Of a stretch of 64,000 nt of DNA, positions 1-11,543 are shown in pieces; within the stretch, counting starts at the first letter, position 1; each line of letters opens with the position of its first letter. The DNA is from Mobula hypostoma (lineage: Eukaryota). Location of the stretch: contig NC_086097.1 in NCBI RefSeq assembly GCF_963921235.1, positions 140,246,001-140,310,000 of the forward strand. The letters are read 5' to 3'. A model generated the notes under the pieces. That model was not told the origin of the DNA and made no database searches. It was given only the letters and a program-made list of their open reading frames with translations. The position numbers and the translations under genes were made by a program.

Positions 1-70
1 AAATTCAAGCAACACACACGAAAAATGCTGGTGAACGCAGCAGGCCAGGCAGCATCTATAGGAAGAGGTA

Positions 71-109
71 CAGTCGATGTTTCGGGCCGAGACCCTTCGT
101 CAGGACTAG
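71..109 (-). ncRNA. Minimal type I hammerhead ribozyme motif in PLE terminus
   Basis: Minus strand reads agtc-CTGACGA-a-gggt-ctcg-gccc-GAAA-c-atc-gact: conserved core, stem II, and an agtc/gact stem I. The cleavage triplet is ATC here versus GTC in sister copies. Confidence 0.75.
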
Positions 110-1254
110 CTAAAAGAAGAGATAGTAAGAGATTTGAAAGTGGGAGGGGGAGGGGGAGATCCGAAATGATAGGAGAAGACAGGAGGGGGAGGGATGGAGC
201 TAAGAGTTGGAAAGTTGATTGGCAAAAGGGATACGAGGCTGGAGAAGGGAGAGGATCATGGGACAGGAGGCCCAGAGAGAAAGAAAGGGGGAGGGAAGCC
301 CAGAGGATGGGCAAGGAGTATAATGAGAGGGACAGAGGGAGAAAAAAAAGAGGAAAAAAAAATAAATAACAGATGGGGTATGAAGGGGAGATGGGGCATT
401 AACAGAAGTTAGAGAGGTCAATGTTCATGCCATCAGGTTGGAGGCTACCCAGATGGAATATAAGGTGTTGTTCCTCCAACCTGAGTGTGGTTTCATCTCG
501 ACAGTAGAGGAGGCTGTGGATAGACATATCAGAACGGGAATGGGATGTGGAATTAAAATGTGTGGCCACTGGGAGATCCTGCTTTCTCTGGCGGACAGAG
601 CATAGGTGTTCAGCGAAACGGTCTCCCAGCCTGCGTCAGGTCTAGCCAATATATAAAAGGTCGCATCGGGAGCACCAGACGCAGTATATAACCCCAGCCG
701 ACTCAGGGGTGAAGCGTCGCCTCACCTGGAAGGACTGTCTGGGGCCTTGAATAGCGGTGAGGGAGGAAGTGTAAGGGTACTTGTAGCACTTGTTCTGCTT
801 ACAAGGATAAGTGCCGGGAGGGAAATTGGTGGGAAGGGATAGGGGGGACAAATGGACAAGGGAGTCGCGTAGGGAGCGATCCCTGCGGAAAGCGGAAAGA
901 GTGGGGCAGGGAAAGATGTGCTTAGTGGTGGGATCCGGCTGGAGGTGGCAGAAGTTACAGAGAATTATATGTTGGACCCGGAGGCTGGTGGGGTGGTAGG
1001 TGAGGACCAGGGGAACCCTATTCCTAGTGGGGTGGCGGGAGGATGGGGTGAGAGCAGATGTGCGTGAAATGGGAGAGATGCGTTTGAGAGCAGAGTTGAT
1101 GGTGGAGGAAGGGAAGCCCCTTTCTTTAAAAAAGGAGAACATCTCCTTCGTCTTGGAATGAAAAGCCTCATCCAGAGAGCAGATGCGGCGGAGACGGAGG
1201 AATTGCGAGAAGGGGATGGCATTTTTTCCATCTCTTACTATCTCTTCTTTCAGT

Positions 1255-1292
1255 TAGTCCTGACAAAGGGTCTCGGCCTGAAACGTCGACTG
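1255..1292 (+). ncRNA. Hammerhead ribozyme motif (core mutated) in inverted PLE terminus
   Basis: tagtc-CTGACAA-agggtctcggcct-GAAACGTC-gactg; core G8 is changed to A. Confidence 0.65.
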
Positions 1293-3507
1293 TACCTCTT
1301 CCTATAGATGTTGCCTGGCCTGCTGCGTTCAAGAGTAAATAAGTGGCTGTTTTGACTAGTTGTGAACTTCAAGACTTTAATTAGTATCTGCAGGTTGTTA
1401 TACATTGAATTTTAAGTATGACCCAACAACTTAGCAGTTCAGTGTTACTACATAAATTTGAGTGTTACCATAAATAAATTAAGGAAAAGCTATCAATTTG
1501 CATTACCAGCCACACTTTAACCCATGCCCAATTTACAACAGAAGTGGTAATCCTTCAAGCTATAAACATCAGATCAAAACTTTGATCTCAACATAGTAAA
1601 TTTGTGAGCTCATCAAGTGCCTGTAAAATTGCAGAGTACAACACAGCTGCTTATTGTTAAAATTACTCCAGTTATGATATTAAAATAGAAATTCAATTAA
1701 TACTCTACAAGACTGCTATTTAATAAAACTGTTCTTTAAAGTTGCGGTAATTTTAGACATAATATTTTACAATAATTCAGTATTCTTTAACTAGAATAAA
1801 GCCTATCTGTTAGAATATTAACAATTTTGACCAGAGTTGCAAACACTAATCTGTCAAATTTCAGATAATCTACAATGCTACCCTTCAAGTGTCTGATACA
1901 GGCACTAGTACAAATCACCATAGGACAGGGTTTCACTGGTAGCTTTTATAGCCAGTTTACTTCAGCAACTGGCTGAATCGTTGGGAATTTGACTGCAACA
2001 AGCACAAAGTTCAGTTAACCAGTGAGGTACAAAGCTCTGCATATTTTTTCTCTTCATTGTCTTGAATAATTTACGTACAATTTACATTCTAAGTGTTGTT
2101 TGTACCTACATGCTGTGATGCTGCTGCAAGATTTCCTTGTATTTGTACCTCATTGTACATAACAATAAATGACTGGAATCATAGTTGGGGATTCTATCAC
2201 AAAGATCAGGGATGGCAGTAGCATGAATGATCTCAGTATACACTGAATCAGAAAGGAGATAGGGAAGATCACTCCATTCCAGATCAGCTAATTACCAAAC
2301 ACTCTATTTGAAGGCTGATGCCTTCAAAATGAGATCATCAGCTGGTTGAAGGGCAGCAAAATGGGGTGGTCTAAAGAGACCTCGTTGGTTGCAGCAGTCA
2401 GGAATGGCTGACCCTATTCTCTTAGTACTGCTGCTTAGGAACCAACTTTGCAGATAAAGGGAATTTTGCAGCTAGATAGAATATTTGGTGAATTAGAGAC
2501 AAGAGAAAATATTGCATCATTTTCTGATGTTATGTTCTCAATTCCAAGTTTCCAGTAGATCAGTGGAAGGAGACCTTGGACAGATAACCAGACAGTAAAC
2601 ACCACCCACTGCTCACAGTCAAGTGTCTCACACACAAGATATTGACCACATAATTCGTTAATGTTGGCCAGGAAATTGGGAAAACTCTCTACTCTTTGTT
2701 AGGTTATATCATTATAGCATCTTTTATTTTCCTATCTTATCCAAAGTTGGCGAACAAGCTGAGTCTACACCCGCCACACAAATCCTTCTCAACTGTCACT
2801 TTGATTCTTACCAACCTTCAAAAGCACCTCATACTAAAAATTCTCAAATTGTTTAAATTCCTGCACAGCTTCACCTCATCCTCTTGTAAACACCTCCTAA
2901 TGTACTGATTCATGCTGGGAAAGGAATTTCATGGTGAAATCTCCAGTGAAAAAAGCCCTTGATGTGTCTTTTCACTGCTTCACACATCTGAAATGGACTG
3001 CGCCAAAGGACTGGATCAGTGGGATCATATTGTGCTCATGTGAGCACAAGCACTGCCAACTCTGACACTAGGCTTGAAATCAAATCTCAGAATGGGAGAA
3101 GAGAAGAACCATCCACTGATTATGGAAACCAAGGAAGTGATGGAATGAAGTACAACAAGCCTCACACTGCAGGGCCTGCTTGAGAGTTTTCACACAGAAA
3201 CAGGCTCACCAATAAACTGCTAATCATCAACCACCCATTTACACTAATCACTTTTATTTTTATTCTCCACATGGCCCCATCAACAACTCACATGATAGAT
3301 TTTTGATGGGTTAGGGCACCAATGGTTACGAGAAGAAGGCAGGAGAATGGGGTACTTAATGGTCAGCAATGTATGTTGGGCCAAAGGGTCTGTTCCTTTT
3401 CCATTTCTATGTTTATAAAAATGACACAGAATTAATTGTGAATCATATATCAGTAACCGAAAAGTCAAAATTACAGCTGCATGCATCTCCAGCTCAATGA
3501 CTTATGG

Positions 3508-3800
3508 CAGGGGTCCCCAACCTTTTTTGCACCGCGGACTGGTTTAATATCGACAATATTCTTGCGGACTGGCCGACCGGGGGGGGGGGGGGGGAGGGTT
3601 GTTCAAGTAGGGTTAAACTCACCTCAACATGTCTTTTATAGTTAGGGTTGCCAACTTTCTCACTCCCAAATAAGGGACAAAAGTAGCAGTCAAATCCCGG
3701 GACACTTTACTCCAGAAAGACTACCATAACCATGAAGCCTTGCGCAGGTACCTTTGTGCACTGTATGTCTGCTTTACTCCTGCATATATACCTTCCATGA
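3508..3800 (+). mobile_element. hAT-type DNA transposon left-end fragments
   Basis: CAGGGGTCCCCAACC (Charlie-like TIR) at 3508 and TAGGGTTGCCAAC (Blackjack-like TIR) at 3643. No partner right ends were seen. Confidence 0.5.
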
Positions 3801-3844
3801 TACACAATTTTTTTTTTTGGCGTGTGTGTGCGTGCGTGCATGTG

Positions 3845-4100
3845 TGATGTTCGTGGGATGATGTCTTTTTCATGCCTTTACAAGGCATGGAGCAAGCGAG
3901 AGAGACTGTGTGGAGCGCCACTTCTCACACAGACATTTCGCAGTATTTTTCCCTTTATTTTATGAGGTCGAGTTGCGATCTCGACACTCAACCCGGCATG
4001 GATGGAAAGCATACTCGGGACCGGACCCGGCTGGGTTCAAACCCGGGAACCTCCGTTCCAGAGTCCAACGCTGGTGTCATTGCACCACCAGCCCGGCCCC
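3845..4100 (-). mobile_element. tRNA-derived SINE
   Basis: Minus strand begins ggggccgggctggtggtgcaatg (A box) and carries gggtttgaaccc (B box), followed by a unique body and a CA-rich tail. Confidence 0.7.
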
Positions 4101-5194
4101 ACGATACACAATATTAATTGTGGTTGCATCACCCTGATTCCAGGCTTCTGCTACTCTTGCAGGGAATGAACAATGAGAAGACCAACCGTATCAGAACTCT
4201 GATGTCACAGAGCAGATCCCCACCTGTGGAAGTCAGCCTTATGTTGGGATCAATGGGAGATGTACCATTAATAGTTGTCTCAAGGAGGACTATTATTTTT
4301 TTAGGTGGCTGCTAGTTCTGTGGATGCTGACAGTGCTGTGGAGTTGATCCTCCTTACACTGTTTTTAAGGCACCAAAACAGGTCTGACATTTCAGTCTGA
4401 CAGCTCTGTCAGCGTTTATTCTTCCGTCAAACCTCTTATTACCCAATATACAACTGAGGCTACACTTCAACAGTATTATATTGACTGCAAAGCACTTCTT
4501 TCCCATTTATAGATTTATATATTGCCCGTTACAATAGGTTGTTTCTAAACACTTTTTTCATCTTGACATTGTCTTCTACTTCTCTTGGTTTTTCAGTTCC
4601 ATTTGTATACATCTGTTCTATTCCCCTCAGAAGTTTCGAGTTCTCACCACTCTGTGGGTTCTGACATCCATTGTCAACTAACAATCACTGTCCAACAGCA
4701 ACAGTTGGAGCAAGCTGGAGCAGAAAGCTTGCCCCTCCTTCAGCAATGCGCATCTTTGTTAAGGACTATTGTTCAACATCCTAATCTGGGACCTGTGTCC
4801 CTTGCACAACTGAACTAATCTGTGGGCCAAAGGGCCTGCAACTGTGCATTACAGTTCTAATGCAGTTGAGCTCTGCTGAATGTCAGTGTGCAGCATGCAA
4901 AGATTCTATTGCTATGACATCAAAGCAGTGATGTTTAATATGGAAACCTCTAACATTAATCATTTTACTTTTTCCAGCCAAAATAAGCAGGAATTAATTG
5001 CAATAATACATTATCAAACATCATTGTCCTTTTCTTTTACTGTAAACAAATTGAAACTCTCAGGTGGAACATGACATGTACATAGATGTTTTGCTTCTGC
5101 GTTAGGTATAGCACATCTATAAATGCCAGCAGCTGCTGCATTAGATTTTTCACACAGAAGACAGTGGGGCTTAAAGGGTTAAAGACCGAGTGCA

Positions 5195-5430
5195 GATTGC
5201 GTAAACTTGGCTTGTACTCACGAGCAATCTGAAATGATTAATGGATTCAAAAGGGAATGTAAAGAAAACTACTTCCTCTGGTGGGAAAGTTCAAATTGAG
5301 GTGGCATAATTTTAAAAAGTCAGCCAGGCTGTTGGGGATGAAATCAGGATACATTTCTTTACACAGCGATCATGGAAAACAGAAGCTTATTCCCCAAAAT
5401 GTTGTAGATGCTGGGGGCCAATTCGTTGAC
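5195..5430 (+). mobile_element. Old CR1 LINE 3' fragment
   Basis: Degenerate similarity to the 3' ends of other CR1s in the window (aaacttggcttgtactc...catttctttacacag...gttgtagatgctg). Confidence 0.5.
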
Positions 5431-6094
5431 ATGCATTTTCAGTGGTGAAAGAGGCTCAGGGATTCAAAAGGCTTCTCATGTCGAGGTAATAGGGAGTTAT
5501 GCTGAGCCGCCTCAATTAACCCAAAATATCTTAATATGAAACACTGCTCTAAACATTAATTATGTTCTTTACATGTTATTGTTGCATTCCTGAATGATCT
5601 GAGATAACAATAATGCAACTTCAGGATTTTCACACATGGCTGCTGGCACATCCTGTGTGAAGTGGGTTAAACAGCCTTGTTGGATGGGTTGTAGCAGAGC
5701 TGAGCCACAGGAACAATGAAATGCCTGTTCATTCACTTCAAATTACTGTAATATGCTTCAGATTCTACACTATTTTTTCATTATTAATTCAGAGCCATTT
5801 GGTAGTTCTTCATTTAACATGGAACTCATTCCAAAATGTGGAGAGGCCAAATAATTCAAAAGCCCTGCAGGATTGGTTGAGTGTGTACATAACCACTCAA
5901 TGGAGTGACAGATTCTAAGTTTGGTATCTTTTACAGCGTTCCATAAAGAGTTTGCAGCCAACGATAGAACATGCTGTAGGTATCATTTCCTAACTTGAAA
6001 GGACTCTCAATGTTCTCAATTCCCTATCAGCCTGAAAGATCACACAAGCTTATCCCTATTTTAATGCCATTGATTCTCCCAGTATAGGGATGTT

Positions 6095-6672
6095 CAAATT
6101 TCAAAGTACATGTCACCATACTCTACCCTGAGATTCATTTTCTTGTAGGCATTCACATAGAACAAAGACATTCAATAGAATGAAAAACTGCACACAAAGA
6201 CTGACAAACAACCAATGTACAAAAGAAGACAAACTGCAAATAAAAAAATTAAGTAAATAAATAATACTGAGAACATGAGCTATAGAGTCCTTGAAAATAA
6301 AGATGGTGGAATCTGTTCAGAGCTGAGGTGAGTGAAGTTATCCTTGCTAGTTCAGGTTGAAGGGTAATAACTGTTCTTGAACCTGGTGCTATGGGACTTA
6401 AGGCTCCTGTATCTCTATCCTGATAGCAGCAGTGAGAAGGAGCTTGAATGGTGAAAGGTCCTTGATGATGGATGCTCCTTTCTTTTGGCAGTGCTCCTTG
6501 TGGATGTGATCAACAGTGAAGAGGGCTTTACCTGTGATTACTGGGTTGTATTCACCACATTTTGTAGGTCTTTCCATTCTTGGGCATTGGTGTTTCCAGA
6601 TCAGATTGCGAAGCAACCAGTCAGAATACACTCCACTATGCATCTATAGAGCTTTGTCAAAGTTTTAGATGA
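6095..6672 (-). mobile_element. Rex1/Babar-type LINE 3' fragment
   Basis: Remnant ORF ...HCQKKGASIIKD... is the typical Rex1/Babar C-terminus; similar to the copies at 32635 and 41325. Confidence 0.65.
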
Positions 6673-6954
6673 CATGCATGAACATTGCTTGTGGCAGCAA
6701 GCACTCTCACTAACAGCAACACCTCTAGGCCCATCATTAGCTGGTTCTTGTTCTAGACTGATCTTAGGTTCAAATCCCTTGTGGAAAACTTATGAAAATG
6801 ATCATTTTGAACCAGAAAAGTGGTGGATGGTCACTAAAATCCAACTGTGTAGTGGAAGGATCTGTCACCCTTGCCCAATCCTGCATAGGCATCACACCAA
6901 CATCTGCCCATGTGATTAATACCCAAGTTCGGTAACAAACAGCTATACCACATA

Positions 6955-8568
6955 CAGTGGCATGCAAAAGTTTGGGCACCCCGGTCAAAATTTCTGTGAC
7001 TGTGAGTAGCTAAGCAAGTAAAAGATTACCTGATTTCCAAAAGGCATAAAGGTAAAGATGACACATTGCTTAAGCAAGATTACTTTTTTATTTCCATCTT
7101 TTACAGTTTCAAAATAAGAAAAAAGGAAAAGGGCCTGAAGCAAAAGTTTGGGCACCCTGCATGGTCAGTACTTAGTAACACCCCCTTTGGCAAGTGTCAC
7201 AGCTTGTAAATGCATTCTGTAGTCAGCTAAGAGTCTTTCAATTCTTGTTTGGGGGATTTTCGCCCATTCTTCCTTGCAAAAGGTTTCTAGTTCTGTGAGA
7301 TTCTTGCGCCATCTTGCATGCACTGCTCTTTTGAGGTCTATCCACAGATTTTCAATGATGTTTAGGTCGGGGGACTGTGAGGGCCACGGCAAAACCTTCA
7401 GCTTGCGCCTCTTGAGGTAGTCCATTGTGGATTTTGAGGTGTGTTTAGGATCATTATCCTGTTGCAGAAGCCATCCTCTTTTCACCTTCAGCTTTTTTAC
7501 AGACGATGTGATGTTTTCTTCCAGAATTTGCTGGTATTTAATTGAATTCATTCTTCCCTCTACCAGTGAAATGTTCCCCGTGCCACTGGCTGCAACACAA
7601 GCCCAAAGCGTGATCGATCCACCCCCGTGCTTAACAGTTGGAGAGGTGTTCTTTTCATAAAATTCTGCACCCTTTTTTCTCCAAACATACCTTTACTCAT
7701 TGTGCCCAAAAAGTTCTATTTTAACTTCATCAGTCCACAGGACTTGTTTCCAAAATGCATCAGGTTTGTTTAGATGTTCCTTTGCAAACTTCTGATGCTG
7801 AATTTTGTGGTGAGGATGCAGGAAAGGTTTCCTTCTGATGACTCTTCCATGAAGGTCATATTCGTGCAGGTGCTGCAGCACAGTAGAACAGTGCACCACC
7901 ACTCCAGAGTCTGCTAAATCTTCCTGAAGGTCTTTTGCAGTCAAACGAGGGTTTTGATTTGCCTTTCTAGCAATCTTACAGGCAGTTCTCTCGGAAAGTT
8001 TTCTTGGTCTTCCAGACCTCAACTTGATCTCCATCATTCCTGTTAACTGCCATTTCTTAATTACATTATGAACTGAGGAAACGGTTACCTGAAAACGCTT
8101 TGCTATCTTCTTATAGCCTTCTCCTGCTTTGTGGGCACCATTTATTTTAACTTTCAGAGCGCTAGGCAGCTGCTTAGAGGACCCCATGGCTGCTGATTGT
8201 TGGGACAAGGTTTGAGGAGTCAGGGTATTTATAAAGCTTTGAACTTTGCATCATCTGGCCTTTCCTAACGATGACTGTGAACAAGCCATAGCCCTAACAA
8301 GCTAATTAAGGTCTGAGACCTTAGTAAAAGTTATCTGAGAACTCAAATCTCTTGGGGTGCCCAAACTTTTGCAAGGTGCTCCTTTCCTTTTTTCCCACTC
8401 TAAAATTGTACAAAACAAAAATAATACACAAATCTTGCTTAAAATGTTGAAAAGAAGGTTTCATCTTTAACTTTATGACTTTTGGAGATCAGTTCATCTT
8501 CTACTCACTTAACTATTCACAGTAACAGAAATTTTGACCAGGGGTGCCCAAACTTTTGCATGCCACTG
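6955..8568 (-). mobile_element. Full-length Tc1-family DNA transposon (1614 bp, IR/DR type)
   Basis: TA duplications at 6953-6954 and 8569-8570. TIRs begin CAGTGGCATGCAAAAGTTTGGGCACCCC, with inner direct-repeat copies near 7141 and 8355. Confidence 0.97.
7165..8187 (-). pseudogene. Tc1 DD34E transposase (340 aa) with a single in-frame stop at 7693-7695
   Basis: MGSSKQL...GRPRK...VLWTDE...HNE*RYVWRKKG...TVKHGGGS...QQDNDPKH...SPDLNIIENLW...GGVTKY. There are 34 residues between the second D and E, and no frameshift. Confidence 0.95.
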
Positions 8569-9139
8569 TATAAAAGATAATACTGATGTAGTATCCTCTT
8601 TTAAACAGTTTAGACTTTCAACGATGCTAACTGCGAAACAGAAGGTGACAGATTTTAGCCACCTCACTCACTTTAGAAAAGTATAACAAATATGCTCCAT
8701 CATGGCCAAGGATGGCTCCAATTCAGTGGACCCTGAGGTGCCCGAAGAGGCTTTTACGAGAACCACAAATTTTTCCACAGTGGGAAAGAAGGATTATGAC
8801 AAGTGGGTGGGTGTATAGCTGTAAATTGATTTGCTCTTTCTGCCACTTACATGTGTGCTCCTAATGCAATGTCATTCTGATGCTCCTTCTCCACATGGTC
8901 ATTGGCCTGAGATTGTCAGGAGTCAGTAGGAATGTTGCATTTCTTCAAAGAGGCTTTGTGCTCATCCATGAATCTTTCCCTGAGTGCCTGTTAATCTTGT
9001 TCTCCAGATTTCTGGCATCTGAAGTCTCTCTTATGTCTCTATTTTGCAGTTCGACTGCAAAGTGTCTTTGAGGTATCTTACTTGAAAATGTTTTCCTCCT
9101 CTCTTGTACAGGAATTTTGTGAGATCCTCTCTCATAGCT

Positions 9140-9385
9140 CCACCTCTGTGATCTCTGCTACTCTCCAGTTTCTCAGCTAACACCTGCTAGCTTGCGCTCC
9201 TCCCTCTCCCCCACCCTTTTATTCCGGCCTCTACCCTCTTTCTTTCCAATCCTGATGAAGGGTCTCAGCCCCCAAAACCCTAACTGTTCAAATCCTTCCA
9301 TTGATGCTGCAAAAAACTAATGAGTTCCTCCAACATTTTGTGTATGCTCAGGCAGATTTCCAGCATCTACACTCTTTTGTTTCTC
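9140..9385 (+). repeat. Degenerate PLE terminal repeat with decayed hammerhead
   Basis: cctgatgaagggtctcagccc...gatgctgc...gagttcctccaacattttgtg...ttccagcatctac matches the PLE terminus. Confidence 0.6.
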
Positions 9386-11323
9386 CATTTAGGAACAGAG
9401 TGTCTGGTTTAGGGACTTGGTGTTGGACAGGCGAATAACATGCCTGCTCAGTAGAGCTGCCTTACAGTAATTAGGGCCTCAATGAAAGGGATTTGGTCTG
9501 GGAGTGAGTTCCATATGTAGATTAACAAATAAGCATCTACAAACATTCAAAAATCAAGGAAGTAAAGCACTCAGACAGGAGAAAAATCACCTGTATAATT
9601 TAATTTTCTTCTCACTATTTAACATATCATAAGATCAACCTTGACATACACATACAGACAGAATGAGAACATGAGGTTCACGTCATCACACATTTATTCC
9701 TTACTTTTATTCACTCATCAAAAATGCAACTTCCTATATTTTCATTTGTCAAAAGTGGTTGCTGACAAATATTTTGGACAATGTTAACCTAGATCTCTTG
9801 AACTCATGGTGTAAACTGGATTATCAAGTACATAAATGACTGTCTAAACTGCCAAATATAATTGGAATGATGGCCCAATATTCTGAAGCTCAGGCTCCTT
9901 ATCTGGAGAGTTAAATTCAAACTACACCATGAGAACTATGGAAATAAAATTCAACAGGACAAAATTAGACTAAAGACCTATTATCAGTATGGGTGACTAC
10001 AGAAACTCAATGTAAAAAACCATCATGGGTCACAGGGAAGGAAAGTCTACCCCTCCCCTCCCCCACTTTAGTGAATGTTGCTCTAGGTCCACCTGGGTGA
10101 TCGACTTTTATCCGTATGTATCTACTTTCAGGGTATTTATAAGAAAGGGATAAAAGGTTGTCAGCAACTAGAGCACTGCTGTAGCCTACACAGCAGAGTG
10201 TCTGTCTCATATAGGATAAGGCTCATTAGAATTGAACACTTAAATTTCAAACCATTCTTGTGCCCGCATCTACATTTTGATGTTTATACTTCCCTAAATT
10301 TTATGCAATGAAATTGTAAATTATAGAATGCTATATTATTAATGGAATAAAATAGGTTTTAAAACTTGAAGTAATTTTTTTATTGACCTAAAGCACAGAA
10401 GGGAAAAGCTAAATTTATGTTAGACCTCAGAAACTGGCATGTTATTTTTTGAAGTTATGTTCTATAGAGAAAGAAGTAACACTGGTACAAGCAACATACT
10501 GGGGTTTACAGCAACTGTTTATCAAATGGTAAGGGGCAGTGAGATTTGTTCAAATGCTGCCCACATTTGCAACATCCCAGGAATGAATAAAGACCCATAT
10601 TCTCTGAATATATGACATTAGACAACTTGGTAGGTAAGAAAGAGAAAGTAAATGCAGGTGTTTACTCCTCCACAACGTGAAAACTCCTTAGTCTGAGGAT
10701 GGTGGTTTATTCGCATTTGTCTGACAAACCCAGAATGTGAACATTTCTTCTAGTTTCAAACGGACATCAAGGGCAGACTATGTGGTAGATAAAATAAGCT
10801 CCCTGTTGCAGCATTCTTAAACTCTGCAATAAAATGTGTATGTTGTGGATTGGTAAAAAATAATCATTCCTCGCAAAGTTTCCTAGGTTAAAGATAAAAT
10901 CCAGCATTCCAATGCTGTAAGGTTAAAAATGATTTATGTAAAGCCAACACAAATATTTGCTTGAGTGTATAGGAAGAATAAAATGCTTTGAAATACTAAA
11001 GCTGCCAACAGTCCAAAGGACTTAATGAAAATAGATTTTGCATAATGTACAGATTTTTAATTTTATGATTCCTTATCTTGCATTATAATAATCCTTCATC
11101 AAATCTGTTCTCACAAATTACAGCACATTATCTATTAGTTGGTTAGCTTTGCATAAACCATTATTCCTTTCACACAATGTGACTTATAGCAGATAAGAAC
11201 ATGTGTGTTTGAACTATAAACATTTACTGTCTACTGCTGTGACTTTCACACTGAAACGTACAGCCACATAAAACAATATGCACTCTTATTCCAACAGTAG
11301 TTCCTCTCCAAAGTCATCTTTAC

Positions 11324-11543
11324 CTGGTACATTGATTGCATGCTGTGGGGCATCTGTAACTAAAGACAGCTGACCTCCTTTGCTCAGCCTGTCACACAAA
11401 AGGGTGATGTGTTTCTTTAACCTGCTGGTATCTTTTGGCATGCTGAGTTGGTTTGTGGGGTTCAATGCCTGGTCCTTAGAGGTTCTTGAAAGACAGGTTC
11501 TGAGTAAGTGAACGACAGCCGCATCAACACACTCCTCCCAGCC
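11324..11543 (-). CDS. BBS9: BBS9 next coding exon, 220 nt, phase 0/1
   Basis: Translates GWEECVDAAVVHLLRTCLSRTSKDQALNPTNQLSMPKDTSRLKKHITLLCDRLSKGGQLSLVTDAPQHAINVP(G), matching BBS9 GWEETVDAAISHLLKTCLSKSSKEQALN...LKKHITLLCDRLSKGG. Acceptor cttgcag| and donor |gtaaag; joins the previous exon in frame. Confidence 0.95.

Larger units (their letters stand above)
1..1330 (-). mobile_element. Penelope-like element (PLE), 5'-truncated, with an inverted terminal-repeat copy at 1230-1330
   Basis: ORF 642-1142 ends in the GIY-YIG endonuclease motif GVIYCVWCSRCDLLYIG. Highly similar to the PLE at 56526-58879. Bases ~30-131 are inverted-repeated at 1230-1330. Confidence 0.9.

Noticed and set aside
25..421. 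R/G/K-rich ORFs (also 27393-27587 and 58495-58719)
   Set aside because: Translations of the purine/pyrimidine-skewed PLE 3' region, not genes.
3579..3598. Poly-G run as a functional G-quadruplex
   Set aside because: A homopolymer inside a transposon fragment with unreliable length; no evidence of function.
4020..4100. tRNA gene
   Set aside because: A/B boxes are present, but it is a SINE head running into a SINE body, with no convincing cloverleaf.
9571..9590. Possible BBS9 terminal exon on the minus strand (atacag|GT GAT TTT TCT CCT GTC TGA, GDFSPV*)
   Set aside because: The acceptor lacks a polypyrimidine tract and there is no convincing similarity to the BBS9 C-terminus.
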